Source: an uncultured Planctomycetia bacterium (GTDB lineage Bacteria > Omnitrophota > Gorgyraeia > 2-02-FULL-51-18). Taken from it: DNA of 64,000 nucleotides. Positions 45,611-56,564 of this stretch are shown here, piece by piece. Where the stretch lies: NCBI GenBank assembly GCA_964402785.1, contig CAYODQ010000004.1, positions 159 through 64,158 of the forward strand, in the 5' to 3' direction. Below the pieces are notes generated by a model, which made no database searches, had not been told where the DNA came from, and saw nothing but the letters and a program-made list of their open reading frames with translations. A program made the position numbers and the translations under genes. Numbering within the stretch: the first letter of the stretch is position 1; the number at the start of each line of letters is the position of its first letter.

Positions 45611-47239
45611 ATGACTAAGCGCGCCTTATTTTCGGTTGTTTTGCTTTTGGCCGCTTTATTTGGTCAGATTTTTTTTTCCATGCAAAAAAAAGCCCCCACT
45701 TGTGATGAGTTTGCCCATCATACAGCCAGCGGCTTCTCACACTTGGTGACTCGGGATTTCCGGATGAATCCTGCTGCTCCGCCTCTGCCCAGGCTTCTAT
45801 CGGCGATACCTTTGTATTTTTTGGGTGTAAAGGCACCGCTGGACGATGTGTCTTGGGAACAGGGTGATAGTCCGGCGTTTGCTCAAAAATTTTTCTATCA
45901 AGAAGGTTTTACCCAGGATGAGATCATTTTTTGGGCGCGATTGCCCATATTGCTACTTTCTCTGGTTTTTGGTTTTTTTGTGTATCGATGGTCATCCGAG
46001 CTGTTTGGCTTTGTCGGCGGAATAGCCTCTTTGGTTTTATTTGCATTTTGTCCGGACATTCTTGCACACTCAGGGCTTGCAACGTCTGACCTATCCGTCG
46101 CCTTCTTTTTTTATATGACGATTTGGCGGTTTTGGAAATATTTGGATAAGCAAAACGCCAAGAATTTGGTTTTGGCCGGGGTGATGGCCGGACTAGCGTT
46201 TCTTTCTAAATTCTCGGCTATCCTTATTTTCCCCACACTGATATTGGTTGCCGCTCTTAGTCGCTCATGGAAAAAATTGTCGATCGGGAAGATCGCGATG
46301 TTTATTGCCGTGTGTTTGTTTGTCGTGTGGGCGGGCTATGGTTTTGAGATAAAACCTCTTCTAGAGAATACTCCAGACCCACCAAAAAAAATTGCCGTGT
46401 ATCGCCAAATTGGGGGAGAGAATTTGGTGCATTTTGCTGAAAAGGTTCCTGTGCCGCTGTCCACATTTGTATCCGCCTTTAGCAGTATGATGTTCACGCG
46501 AGCCAAAGGGACAAATGCATTTTTTATGGGCGAGTGGTCCCATGGAACCAAAAGTTTTTGGCAATATTATTTTGTCGCTTTTGTGATCAAGAATACAATT
46601 CCATTTTTGATTCTGATCTTATTTTCTTTTTTTACGATGCGTTCGCTGAGTATAGATAAGGTGACACAGGCAGCGCTTTTAACTCCTGTTGCTTTTTTGT
46701 TTTTGGTGACGACGGGTGACAAAGCTCAGGCGGGTATCCGCTATTTCCTGCCCATCTATCCGCTGCTGTTCGTGTTGTGTGGGGGTTGTGTAGCCTGGCT
46801 GTGGAAAAATAAAAAGATCATGCGCTGGCTCGCTGTTGCGTTGCTATTTTGGCACGCCTATGAGGCAATTCGAATTTATCCAGATTATTTATCCCATTTT
46901 AATCAGCTGATCGGTGGCCCTGATCAAGGTCATCGTTATTTGCGAGATTCGAATATTGATTGGGGTCAGGATTTGAAGGGTGTGGCCGAGTGGGCACATG
47001 AGAATCATCACGGTGAAATTACTTTGGTGACCATATCTCCTGTGGATATGAAAAAGGCTTATGGTGTTGAATGGCGACTCATGGCTCCCGAGGAAAACCT
47101 CCAGCCCGGGCCGTATGTTTATGCGCTGGGGCTACATAATTTTGATACAGCAAAATGGACGCAGCATATCAAACCCGATAAAATCGTAGGTCACTCGGTC
47201 TGGATATACGATTTTACAAAAAAAGGAGATCTGGTTTGA
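45611..47239 (+). CDS. ArnT/PMT-like GT-C glycosyltransferase
   Basis: PTCDEFAH, PPL, LAHSGLATSD, SKFSA, GIRYFLP, DSNIDWGQDL. Confidence 0.85.
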   Translation: MTKRALFSVVLLLAALFGQIFFSMQKKAPTCDEFAHHTASGFSHLVTRDFRMNPAAPPLPRLLSAIPLYFLGVKAPLDDVSWEQGDSPAFAQKFFYQEGFTQDEIIFWARLPILLLSLVFGFFVYRWSSELFGFVGGIASLVLFAFCPDILAHSGLATSDLSVAFFFYMTIWRFWKYLDKQNAKNLVLAGVMAGLAFLSKFSAILIFPTLILVAALSRSWKKLSIGKIAMFIAVCLFVVWAGYGFEIKPLLENTPDPPKKIAVYRQIGGENLVHFAEKVPVPLSTFVSAFSSMMFTRAKGTNAFFMGEWSHGTKSFWQYYFVAFVIKNTIPFLILILFSFFTMRSLSIDKVTQAALLTPVAFLFLVTTGDKAQAGIRYFLPIYPLLFVLCGGCVAWLWKNKKIMRWLAVALLFWHAYEAIRIYPDYLSHFNQLIGGPDQGHRYLRDSNIDWGQDLKGVAEWAHENHHGEITLVTISPVDMKKAYGVEWRLMAPEENLQPGPYVYALGLHNFDTAKWTQHIKPDKIVGHSVWIYDFTKKGDLV

Positions 47240-48279
47240 GTCAGCTTGGGATCGGGATCATTGGCGGGGGATTTGGGGTTCGGGCTCATTTGCCGGCATT
47301 TCGAGCGGATAAGCGGTGCAAGATCCAAGCGATAGCGCTAAGCTCCAGCTCCAAAGCTGCGCGTGTTGCCAAAGCTTATAAGATCCCTAAAAGTTATGGA
47401 TCCTGGAAAAGCTTGATCGAAGACACGGGTATCCATGCGATCAGCCTTGCGGTGCCTGCCGTTTTACAGCCGGATATCATCGAGTACGCGATCAAACATC
47501 AAAAGCCATTTTTTATTGAAAAGCCTTTGGCTGTCGATTTGGCGACGGCTCGTGAAATATCCAAAAAAGTTCTCTTGTCTAAACTCCCGCATGTGATTGA
47601 TTTTGAATTGCCACAAACATCGGCTTGGAGCAAGGCTAAGGCATTGATAGAGGCCGGCAAGCTGGGTCAAGTGCGACATGTGCTTTTAAATTGGCAACTC
47701 ATCACAGCTGCTAATAAAGAGGGCCAGCGTTCTTGGAAGACGGAGTCTGCTCAGGGCGGGGGGGCGCTTAATCTTTTTGCGAGTCATTCATTTCATTATT
47801 TAGAATGGCTTCTGGGGCCCATTGATGCGGTGAATGCGCGCTTACTCAAGGGCGCGGGGATTGTCGGTGACCAAGAAACACTTTGTGCGATACGCGTCCG
47901 ATTTAAAAAAGGGTTTTATGGAAATTTGACGGTGGCGGGTCATTGTCTTCATGGCAGCGGTCATCGTTTGGAAATATATGGTGATCGCGGGACACTTGTA
48001 CTTGCCAATAGCGTCGCGGGTGCGCTCGATCAGTTTCAGCTTTTCTTTGGATCGATAAATGACAGAGGGTTAAAGCGTATCCATACGACCCTAGCTCGAA
48101 AGCCTAAGAATGCTCGCGGTCGGATAGGTGCGGTGAGTGCTCTTGTGACCGCATTTGTATCGGCCGTCATAAAGAGGGGGCAAGTCAAGCCGGATATTCA
48201 AGATGCCTTGCGCGTGCAAGAGCTTTTGGATGCGGTTCGGAGGTCGCATGATGCATCGGGGCAAGCTATTTTTCTATGA
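47236..48279 (+). CDS. Gfo/Idh/MocA family oxidoreductase
   Basis: IGIIGGGFG, FIEKPLA, GGGAL, LEIYGDRG. Confidence 0.9.
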   Translation: MSQLGIGIIGGGFGVRAHLPAFRADKRCKIQAIALSSSSKAARVAKAYKIPKSYGSWKSLIEDTGIHAISLAVPAVLQPDIIEYAIKHQKPFFIEKPLAVDLATAREISKKVLLSKLPHVIDFELPQTSAWSKAKALIEAGKLGQVRHVLLNWQLITAANKEGQRSWKTESAQGGGALNLFASHSFHYLEWLLGPIDAVNARLLKGAGIVGDQETLCAIRVRFKKGFYGNLTVAGHCLHGSGHRLEIYGDRGTLVLANSVAGALDQFQLFFGSINDRGLKRIHTTLARKPKNARGRIGAVSALVTAFVSAVIKRGQVKPDIQDALRVQELLDAVRRSHDASGQAIFL

Positions 48280-49970
48280 TCTCGTATAAAAAAAAGATCA
48301 TGGGGATCCTTTTTATAGCATTTTTATTACGTATGATCGGAATAGGTTTTGGATTGCCACACATCTATCATCAAGATGAGCCCATTATTGTGAATCACGC
48401 ACTTTCGATAGGCGCGGGTGGCTGGAACACGCATTTTTTTGTGATACCTCCTTTTACGATCTATTTCTTTTTTATTGCCCAGGGCGTTTATTTTGTGGTC
48501 GGAAAGCTCATAGGTATATTTCAGACATCTTCTGATTTTGCTCTTATGTTTATGCGAGATCCCACATCCGTCTATTGGATAGGCCGGTTTTTGCTGGGTG
48601 TTTGTTTCGGGACAACCACTGTCTGGGCGCTGTGGGTTGGATCTAAGCGTTTTTTTGGTGAAAGGGTAGCTTTTTGGGCGGCGCTACTTTTAGCTATTAC
48701 GCCTTTGCACGTTCAACACAGCCACTATATTTACGCCGATATACCGCTGACATTGGTTGTGACGATAAGTTATTTTGTGCTTTTATCAATACTTGAAGCG
48801 CCTCTGCTTCTCAGCTATCTCCGCTTTGGGGCGCTGATGGGCTGGGCAGCGTCTATCAAATATACGGGGCTTTATTTTGCGCCAATGATTGGATTGGCGC
48901 ATATGATCAGTCAGCCTAAAAACTGGTATAAACCGTCGCAAGTTATCAAATTGATCTTGTCGGGCGCTTCCTGCATCACTGTTTTTTTTATTTTTGCGCC
49001 GTTTAGTTTTCTGGACTGGAAAAATTTTTGGGGACAAATAAGTCATCAGGGCGGCGCTGAGAGCTTTGTGGGGCTCACGCATCATGCGGTGTATTCGATC
49101 GTGGGTGGGAGTGGTGTCGCATTTGTTTCGCTGGGGGTTCTTGGACTAATTGTGCTGGCCAAGAATGACATGCGCAAGGCCTGGATCACGGCCGGACTAC
49201 TACTTGTCTATTATGGGATCAATGTTGTATTTTCTCAGAATTTTGCGCGCTACATGCTTCCGCTTATGCCTGTACTGGCGCTTCTAGCGGCGATGGCGCT
49301 ACATAGACTTGGTCAGCTTTTGGAAAAAAAACGCGGTTTAATGATCGCGCTTCTCACCGTTCTTTGTGCAGAGCTTTTGGCGCCCACGGTTTATTTGGAT
49401 GCACTCTTTCTGGGTCAAGATACGCGTACCGAATGTGCTCAGTGGTTTGCTGACAATGTTGACGAGTCAAGTCCAGTTGCTGTGGACAATCGTTTTTTTG
49501 GCCCGCCTCTTCCATTATCAGAAGCGCAAATCAAAGGGAAGTATGCGAAGCTTGGCGGGTCTCAAAAGGATGATGTGAGGAAAAAGCGGCTTGACCTGAT
49601 GCTTGAAGGCTTAAAAGATCGCAAAGGATATAATGTCTATCAATTGGTTGCTCATGAAGACGAGTCGACTTCTCCATTTCTTTTTATGGGCCCTTTTGTG
49701 AAACAAGATTGGGATTCTATTGAGAAAGCAGGCGTCGAATACATCGTGATCCATACCACTGATTTTGACCAGTCAGCTTCAAATTTTGTCCGCGCTTCTC
49801 CACAAAAGGCTGAACTTTTGCGTTCATTTAGCCCTTACCGCGATCCTTTGAGGAAAATGAGCTTCGATCCGGAGGCATCCACGGCGGCGCCGCATTTGCC
49901 GAATGAAATATTTAGCCGTCACCTCTTGGGCCCTTATTTGGAGGTGTATCGTGTCAAACGAGACGGCTGA
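48276..49970 (+). CDS. ArnT/PMT-like GT-C glycosyltransferase
   Basis: FGLP..YHQDE, P.HVQHSHY..AD, ASIKYTG, ARYMLP, DTR. Confidence 0.85.
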   Translation: MISYKKKIMGILFIAFLLRMIGIGFGLPHIYHQDEPIIVNHALSIGAGGWNTHFFVIPPFTIYFFFIAQGVYFVVGKLIGIFQTSSDFALMFMRDPTSVYWIGRFLLGVCFGTTTVWALWVGSKRFFGERVAFWAALLLAITPLHVQHSHYIYADIPLTLVVTISYFVLLSILEAPLLLSYLRFGALMGWAASIKYTGLYFAPMIGLAHMISQPKNWYKPSQVIKLILSGASCITVFFIFAPFSFLDWKNFWGQISHQGGAESFVGLTHHAVYSIVGGSGVAFVSLGVLGLIVLAKNDMRKAWITAGLLLVYYGINVVFSQNFARYMLPLMPVLALLAAMALHRLGQLLEKKRGLMIALLTVLCAELLAPTVYLDALFLGQDTRTECAQWFADNVDESSPVAVDNRFFGPPLPLSEAQIKGKYAKLGGSQKDDVRKKRLDLMLEGLKDRKGYNVYQLVAHEDESTSPFLFMGPFVKQDWDSIEKAGVEYIVIHTTDFDQSASNFVRASPQKAELLRSFSPYRDPLRKMSFDPEASTAAPHLPNEIFSRHLLGPYLEVYRVKRDG

Positions 49971-50658
49971 CTATTACAAGGATTATTGGGTGGATGAGAC
50001 CCAAAAACGAAATAAACGAGCTTATTATGAACGATTGTATTCACATATCCGACCTCGACTTTATTTGGATCCAGCTTGGCGACTTTTGGATGTGGCGGGC
50101 GGCAATGGACACCTCCTGCAATACCTTGGCGTCGTCAAGGCGGATATTCTTGATATAAGTGAATCGGGTCTTCTCGCCGCCAATGCAGCTGGCTACGGCG
50201 CAATTTGTGGTGATATCCAGCGCAGATTCCCTTTTCCAGAGCAAAGCTATGATGCCGCACTTTGCTTTGAAGTGCTGGAGCACTTGCCGTATCCGGGTAA
50301 GACTTTGGCAGAGATCAATAACGTCTTGAAGTCCGGAGGTGTTTTGTATGTTGGTCAACCCAATATGAGAGCCGATGGCGTGCACCACGTGAGGCGGTAT
50401 TATTTGAAACCGCTCTTGGACGATCTTAAAAAAGCAGGATTTGGTATTGAGTGGGTGGATCATGTTCCGGCGTATTCGATGCGAGATGCTATTGTGAGTG
50501 ACATCCGTCATAACAAATCCTTTGTTAGGAAGACAATCCAATGTCTCAATCTTGTTTTGAGTTTGCTTCCCTGGCGCGTGAGATATGCCATGGCAAGTAT
50601 TTGGCCGGATCGTTTTTCTCTCATATTGGTTGTGAAAGCTATCAAACCCAATGAATAG
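49951..50658 (+). CDS. Class I SAM-dependent methyltransferase
   Basis: GGAGG SD then GTG 49951; LLDVAGGNG, LDIS, FEVLEHL, LKSGG. Confidence 0.85.
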   Translation: MSNETADYYKDYWVDETQKRNKRAYYERLYSHIRPRLYLDPAWRLLDVAGGNGHLLQYLGVVKADILDISESGLLAANAAGYGAICGDIQRRFPFPEQSYDAALCFEVLEHLPYPGKTLAEINNVLKSGGVLYVGQPNMRADGVHHVRRYYLKPLLDDLKKAGFGIEWVDHVPAYSMRDAIVSDIRHNKSFVRKTIQCLNLVLSLLPWRVRYAMASIWPDRFSLILVVKAIKPNE

Positions 50659-53053
50659 CTTTATCCGCAAACACATTTGTTTTATCGCTCTTTACGGGAG
50701 CTTGTTTGTGATGCTTTTATGGCCACTTTTGATTTTCCAGAAAACTTTTATTTTTGGCGACTATTGGCAGCAGCACTATCCATGGGCGTACGAATACGCA
50801 CGTCTTTTAAAAATGGGACAACTTCCTTATTGGGTGCCAAGCGTTGCTGGCGGGTTCCCATTGTTAGCCGAAGGGCAGGTTGGAGCCTATTATTTACCAC
50901 ATCTTTTGTTGTATTTCTTTCTCCCGTTTTCAGTTGCGTATTCGCTCCTAATTCTTCTCCACACGCTTTCCGGCGGTGTTGGATTTTATGTGTATGGCCA
51001 AAAGATAGGGTTTTCAAAAGAAGCGGCTACGCTCATGAGCCTGCTCTTCTCATTTTCTAGTGCTTTTGGCGGCTGTTTTTCCAACACCGCAAGCCTGAAA
51101 GTGTTGTCTTGGTTGCCATGGTGTTTGTTGGCTTGGGAGTCCCTTGGGCATTCATCCGGAAAAAATAAACTACTTTGGATATCAGCTATAGGTTTTATGT
51201 TTGCGCAGATGTGGACAGCTGGAGCGCCGCAGATGGCGCTGTACGGCGTGGGATATTTATTTTGTTTTTGGATGGCAGAAAAGAGAGGGAAGGGCTTTTT
51301 GTTTTTTTTAGCCGCCTTTGTTGTAGGCGCCACTCTTTCGCTACCCCAATGGGCTTCAACCATGGAGCTTGTTCGTGTGTCGACGCGCGCGGGAGAAACA
51401 GCCGGTTTTGTTTTTTGGGGCTCGGTTGAGTTGCCTGCCGTGATCTCTCTTGCCTATCCAAGATGGGGGACTTTTTTGGGCGTCTCGTTATACATTGGTC
51501 AGGCTGCACTTTTGCTGACCCTTATCTCGCTACTGTCAAAGAAATCGCGTCTTGAAAAGCTTCATTGGTGGTTGGCTGTTTTTTTCTTCGTGCTGGCTTT
51601 AGGCAACAACGTCCCTTTTTTAGAAGCGCCGCTATCGTATGTAGTGGAGAGATTTTCTCTCACAGCTCTGCGCAACCCTTCGAAGTTTTTATTTTTTAGC
51701 ACGGTTTCGCTGTCGATTATTGCGGGCTTTGCCTTTGACCGCCTGAGGCATTTGTCTTTAGAGGAGAAGACCAGGAAGCGGCTAAGATTGGGGCTTTGGA
51801 TTTTTTGGGTGGGAGTGGTAGCGGCGCCTTTGATGGGGCAAATGGTATTCCAGTATTTTGAAAAACCGCTCAAGGAATTTGCGAATCGCGGTGCGGAGGC
51901 AGCTTTTTCAGGAAAGAAAGACCCCTTCCATTCCATTTCTTATTATCAGGACAAAGCAGATCAAATGCTCGTTGAAGCACAAAAGCTTTTTAATTATACA
52001 GACAAGTGGAATATTCTAGCTATCTCATTTTTGTGCTTATCTTTTTTATTTGTCATGCTGCTCTTCAAGCGGGATTCTTCCGGCAAGTGGAAAAGAGGCG
52101 CTTTGCTTGCCGTGCTCTGGTTGGATCTCCTCATTTACGGATTGTTTATCGGCAACGGCTTTATTGGCAATGTTCGAGCGTATCCGAACGATCTTCCAAA
52201 AGTTTTTATCTCTGAGATTTTGGAACAGCAGCAGTCCAAGCACAGCGCTCTCATTGGTTGGCCGGATGAACACAATCAGGAAGCTCTACCCGCAAACACC
52301 AACCTGCTATATGGTTTTAATCATGCGGGCGGATACTCACCGCTATTGCTTAAGAGGTATTATGAGCTAACCAAGGAGCTTGGTATTTCCGACAGCTCGC
52401 TGGGTCGCCGTCCTTATTCGGAAGATATATGGAAAAATGAGTCCGGCCTCGTGCATGCGCTAGGAATAGGCCAAATACTATCTAACAAGGAGCTCTCAAT
52501 ATCAAGCACTCGTCTTTTGAGCCTCAGTCATCAGAGACGCTCCCCGGGTAACTCATCGGAGGATCATTATCTGTATACCTTCGAACCGATTCTGCCTTAT
52601 GCGTATCTGGTTTTTAATTGGAAAAGTATGTCGGATGAGAAGATCAGGCTGGCCTATTTGAAAAGTGATGAATTTGTTCCTTTCAAAGAGGCCGTCATTG
52701 AGAGCGCGCCCACGGATCGGCTGCCCCGCGCTGATCTTTTGATGACCCCTGTGCACACCCGATCAAAAAAAGACACAGAATTTGTTTTGGATGTCGATGT
52801 TGCGTCCGATGCGTTGCTCGTTGTCCGAAGTGCATTTTATCCGCGATGGAAAGCGGAGCTAGACGGAGAAGAGTTGGTTGTGATGCCGGTTAATCATATC
52901 TATTCAGGGGTATTTCTGAAAGCGGGGCAGTGTGAGGTCAGGTTTTTTTATGATACGAAGCCGCACCGTTTTTTTGAATCCATATCGCTGACGTTGGGTA
53001 TGGTTCTGCTGCTCATGCAAGTGATAATTTTATGGATTTTGCCAAAAAAATAA
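50651..53053 (+). CDS. YfhO-like GT-C membrane protein
   Basis: GD...QHYP, GQLPYW....GGFP, YIG, LRNPSKF, GYSPL, FYPRWKA.LDG. Confidence 0.82.
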   Translation: MNSFIRKHICFIALYGSLFVMLLWPLLIFQKTFIFGDYWQQHYPWAYEYARLLKMGQLPYWVPSVAGGFPLLAEGQVGAYYLPHLLLYFFLPFSVAYSLLILLHTLSGGVGFYVYGQKIGFSKEAATLMSLLFSFSSAFGGCFSNTASLKVLSWLPWCLLAWESLGHSSGKNKLLWISAIGFMFAQMWTAGAPQMALYGVGYLFCFWMAEKRGKGFLFFLAAFVVGATLSLPQWASTMELVRVSTRAGETAGFVFWGSVELPAVISLAYPRWGTFLGVSLYIGQAALLLTLISLLSKKSRLEKLHWWLAVFFFVLALGNNVPFLEAPLSYVVERFSLTALRNPSKFLFFSTVSLSIIAGFAFDRLRHLSLEEKTRKRLRLGLWIFWVGVVAAPLMGQMVFQYFEKPLKEFANRGAEAAFSGKKDPFHSISYYQDKADQMLVEAQKLFNYTDKWNILAISFLCLSFLFVMLLFKRDSSGKWKRGALLAVLWLDLLIYGLFIGNGFIGNVRAYPNDLPKVFISEILEQQQSKHSALIGWPDEHNQEALPANTNLLYGFNHAGGYSPLLLKRYYELTKELGISDSSLGRRPYSEDIWKNESGLVHALGIGQILSNKELSISSTRLLSLSHQRRSPGNSSEDHYLYTFEPILPYAYLVFNWKSMSDEKIRLAYLKSDEFVPFKEAVIESAPTDRLPRADLLMTPVHTRSKKDTEFVLDVDVASDALLVVRSAFYPRWKAELDGEELVVMPVNHIYSGVFLKAGQCEVRFFYDTKPHRFFESISLTLGMVLLLMQVIILWILPKK

Positions 53054-53085
53054 TCTAGAGTTCTTTGGGATGGGGCGGGGGCGGT

Positions 53086-54561
53086 ATGCGCGGTAAAAAA
53101 TGGGTGGCCTTGATCTTTGCGCTTGCAATATTTGTGAGGGTCTATAATCTAAACGTCCCATTTGTAGAGCGTTTTAACAGTATATCTCGTCTCTCCAACT
53201 GCGCCTCGGTAGCGCGGAATTTCTACACGAACGGTTTTAATTTCTTTTACCCGGAAATTGACGAAAATGGCCCGGGACCTTATCTTCTCAATGCCGAGAT
53301 GCCGACCAATACTTATTTGATGGCGTTGGCATATGCACTTACGGGTGGTGTGCATGAGTGGGCCGCGCGCGCCGTCTCGGTGCTTTTTTCGCTGGGAACC
53401 CTTCTTGTCCTGTATCTGTTTATTCGAAAGCTTGCCAACGAAAAAATGGCGCTTTATGCTTTGGTCTTCGCATCCTTCTCACCCATGAATGTCGCTTTGG
53501 CTAGGTCTATTCAATGTGATACCACCATGGTCTTTGCAGGGCTATGGGCGCTATATTTATTTTATCGCTATAGTGAGACGGGACGATGGGCCCATCTTTT
53601 AGGATCTGCGTTTGCCATGGCTTTGGCTGTCGGGACCAAGATTTACGCTTTGTACTTATTCATCCCTATTATATATTTGGCTTGGGAGCGGGAAGGGTGG
53701 GTGATCTTTAGGCGGCCCCGATATTATTTGTACTGTTTTCTGGTTTCTCTTACTCTGATCTGGTATTTTTACATGTGGAAGGCGGGGAAAGGGCAACAGC
53801 TAGCCTACTCGACGTTTGGCTACCCGGAAGGTCTTGTTCAGGGTCGTTTTGGGTTTCTTAAGCTTTTTGGGATGCCCCATATAAAAATGCCCGCGGTGGG
53901 TTTGGCGGCTCATATCTTGACGCCTGCAGGCATAGTCTTATTTGCGTTCGGACTATTTAGGAACACATTTAAAAGTCATCGATTTGCATGGGTGTGGCTA
54001 TTTTCAGTTGGCTTTTATTTGCTGGTCATGTGGCCGATGGTTGTGATGCATCCGTATTATTTATTACCCGCGATTCCCCCCATTGCTTATTTTGTTGCTT
54101 TGGGAGCGCAGCGCATCCTTTTGAATCCGCGCTTTGCGATTGTTAGACGGACATGGTTTTGGTTGCCAGTTTGCGCACTCGTTCTACTGAGTGTGTTTTA
54201 TTATTACCGCCTGCTCTATTTTATCCCAAAAGATAGGATGTCCATTGTGGAGGCGGGGAAGGCGACCGACTCTTTGACTCCCAGGGATAGTTTGGTCATC
54301 GCTTCCTGGGGTGAGAGCCCGATCCAGCTATATTATTGTAACCGAAGGGGATGGTCTTTTAGTTTGGACAGACCAGACGGAAGCGGCTTGATCGAGAGTC
54401 TCGAAGAAAAAAGAAGTCGGGGTGCCGGCTATTTTATGACCACTCATGTTGATCAGCTTCATCGCTTGCCGCTGTTTGAGCAGTATTTACGTTCCCGATA
54501 CTCTGTGGTGAAGGAAAGCGGGGAGATGATCCTTTTTGACCTAAGGGCAGAGGGGGCTTGA
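53086..54561 (+). CDS. ArnT/PMT-like GT-C glycosyltransferase
   Basis: ASVARNF..NG.NF.YP.ID, EMP, ARAVS, RSIQCD, HPYYLLP, LYYCNRRGW. Confidence 0.82.
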   Translation: MRGKKWVALIFALAIFVRVYNLNVPFVERFNSISRLSNCASVARNFYTNGFNFFYPEIDENGPGPYLLNAEMPTNTYLMALAYALTGGVHEWAARAVSVLFSLGTLLVLYLFIRKLANEKMALYALVFASFSPMNVALARSIQCDTTMVFAGLWALYLFYRYSETGRWAHLLGSAFAMALAVGTKIYALYLFIPIIYLAWEREGWVIFRRPRYYLYCFLVSLTLIWYFYMWKAGKGQQLAYSTFGYPEGLVQGRFGFLKLFGMPHIKMPAVGLAAHILTPAGIVLFAFGLFRNTFKSHRFAWVWLFSVGFYLLVMWPMVVMHPYYLLPAIPPIAYFVALGAQRILLNPRFAIVRRTWFWLPVCALVLLSVFYYYRLLYFIPKDRMSIVEAGKATDSLTPRDSLVIASWGESPIQLYYCNRRGWSFSLDRPDGSGLIESLEEKRSRGAGYFMTTHVDQLHRLPLFEQYLRSRYSVVKESGEMILFDLRAEGA

Positions 54562-54677
54562 TGGATAAAAATCCAAACAACCGATATTTAGATATCGTTT
54601 ATGTTCTGTGGCTGGTTTGGGTTGTGAGCGTTTACGCACTGTTGGTGATCATTCCTAAAATCCAAGGAAAAATCTAA
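54561..54677 (+). CDS. Small single-TM protein (38 aa, not in ORF track)
   Basis: TGATG overlap with upstream stop; MDKNPNNRYLDIVYVLWLVWVVSVYALLVIIPKIQGKI*; next ATG 1 nt after stop. Confidence 0.65.
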   Translation: MDKNPNNRYLDIVYVLWLVWVVSVYALLVIIPKIQGKI

Positions 54678-54678
54678 A

Positions 54679-56505
54679 ATGCAATTTATAGGAGCCGGAC
54701 CCATTGTGGCTCTATGGGCAACCACATTGTTGTTGATCGTGCTATTTGCCGCTTTTCGTGTAGGCAGCTTAATGCTTCAATTGCTGAAGCTGCCGGATAC
54801 CACATTAACAAAGCGCGAACATGTTCTTTTCGCGTTGGCGGCGGGACTTGTAATAGTTTCGCTTACTATTTTAGGTATTGGATCATTTGGTTTACTCACA
54901 AGGCCTTATGTTTGTGCAGCGCTGTGTTTTTTTATGATAGCACCCTATTCTGTCTCTTCGAAAAGACCCCCTTGCCAGCTGGTGTTGACAAGTGGATCCG
55001 TGAGATCAGCCGCTCAGGTAAAATTTTTTTGGATTCTCACAATACCTGTTTTTTTCTTCTCCTGGATCCAGGCACAGATGCCTGCTGGCGGAACGGACGC
55101 GCTGGCCTATCATTTGTTTCATCCGAAGCTGTACGTATTGCAACAAAAGATATTCCATATGCCACCAGAATTCAACCGAGAGTCGCTGTGGCCTTACCAA
55201 ACTGAAATGCTCTTCACTCTGGGACTGTTGTTGCAGGGAACACTTTTAGCTCAACTTTTTCACTGGGTTTTCTATATACTGACCTCTGCGGCTGTATTTA
55301 TGTTTGGCGAAAGATTCTTTGGGCGGAGCCTCGCGTATTTGTCGGCTCTGGTTTTTATTTTTACGCCCGCAGCGTTCGCCCAATCAGGTTATGCCTATGT
55401 TGATCTGAGCCTTGCTTTCTATACCTTTCTCGCTTTGTACGTTTTGCTGATCGCTTCCTATGGGAATTGTGTTCGGCCTTGGTTTTTGTCCGGATTCTTT
55501 GCGGGGGGCGCTGCCGCGACCAAGCTTCTGGGTTTAGGTTGTGTGCTAATTTTGTTTTTAGGTGCTTTGATAGTAACTAGAATTAATTGGAGGGTGCTCC
55601 TTTGTTTTGCGCTGGGATGTTTCGTGGCTTCGGGTGTTTGGTATTTGAGAAGCTGGATTATCTTGGGAAATCCCGTGTTCCCATTTTTCTCAAGTCTTTT
55701 TCAAGGAAATGGGTGGCATCACGAAATTAGCGAGGGAGTTAGTATGGGGAAAGATTTCAAAGCCTTCCTGCTTTTGCCTTGGAATATGACAATGTATCCC
55801 CGAAACTTCGGAGGAGAAATGGTGGGCCCCTTTTTTTTACTATTTCTGCCGCTATTTTTTGTTCAGTCCATCCGAAAGTCCTCGAGGGTGCTAGCTAGCC
55901 TTGCATTGTTTGCAGTTTTTTACGGCGGATTTCTGTTTACTCAGTCGCAGCACGTGCGCTTTTTTTTGTCCGTTCTACCGGTGATTTCTGTAGCTGTCGG
56001 TGTGTCACTAGAGTTATGCATGAGGCGAAGAGGTCCTCTGAGGCACGCTGTCATGGCGGTTCTGGCTTTAGTTTTTTTGACCCATATGGGTATATTTGTT
56101 TACCGTACAAGGGACTGTTGGCCCGTTGCCATAGGGAAAATGAGCGCCAGAGATTATTTGTTGGCTTATGAGCGCTCTTTCAAAGGAAACGATTATTTGC
56201 TGCGACACATGCAAGCGTCGGAGCAGCTTCTCTACTCCGCGGAAGTTCGTTATTTTTATAATGATAATAAAAATGTTGTGTGGGATTGCTATCCGCTGCG
56301 GCTTGTTTTGACGCAGAAGGGTATGACTCTGACCCAGTTTTTATCCGGAAAGCAGCTGGACTATGTTTGGCTTGGAGATGATACCACGCAAGAGTTGTGG
56401 GATTATGTACGAGACAGAGACTATGAGTTAGCCTATCAGTATCAGTTCATAGAAAAGCCAACCACTTTCAACAATTATATTTACCGGCTAAAAAAACAGC
56501 CCTAG
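54679..56505 (+). CDS. GT-C membrane glycosyltransferase-like protein
   Basis: DALAYHL..PK, AYVDL, ATK, WYLRSWI..GNPVFPF, RFFL. Confidence 0.78.
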   Translation: MQFIGAGPIVALWATTLLLIVLFAAFRVGSLMLQLLKLPDTTLTKREHVLFALAAGLVIVSLTILGIGSFGLLTRPYVCAALCFFMIAPYSVSSKRPPCQLVLTSGSVRSAAQVKFFWILTIPVFFFSWIQAQMPAGGTDALAYHLFHPKLYVLQQKIFHMPPEFNRESLWPYQTEMLFTLGLLLQGTLLAQLFHWVFYILTSAAVFMFGERFFGRSLAYLSALVFIFTPAAFAQSGYAYVDLSLAFYTFLALYVLLIASYGNCVRPWFLSGFFAGGAAATKLLGLGCVLILFLGALIVTRINWRVLLCFALGCFVASGVWYLRSWIILGNPVFPFFSSLFQGNGWHHEISEGVSMGKDFKAFLLLPWNMTMYPRNFGGEMVGPFFLLFLPLFFVQSIRKSSRVLASLALFAVFYGGFLFTQSQHVRFFLSVLPVISVAVGVSLELCMRRRGPLRHAVMAVLALVFLTHMGIFVYRTRDCWPVAIGKMSARDYLLAYERSFKGNDYLLRHMQASEQLLYSAEVRYFYNDNKNVVWDCYPLRLVLTQKGMTLTQFLSGKQLDYVWLGDDTTQELWDYVRDRDYELAYQYQFIEKPTTFNNYIYRLKKQP

Positions 56506-56564
56506 GGAATTGTTGCGCGGAGAAGCATTATCGAATAGACTGATAGGGTTGCGAAGCAAAAAGG

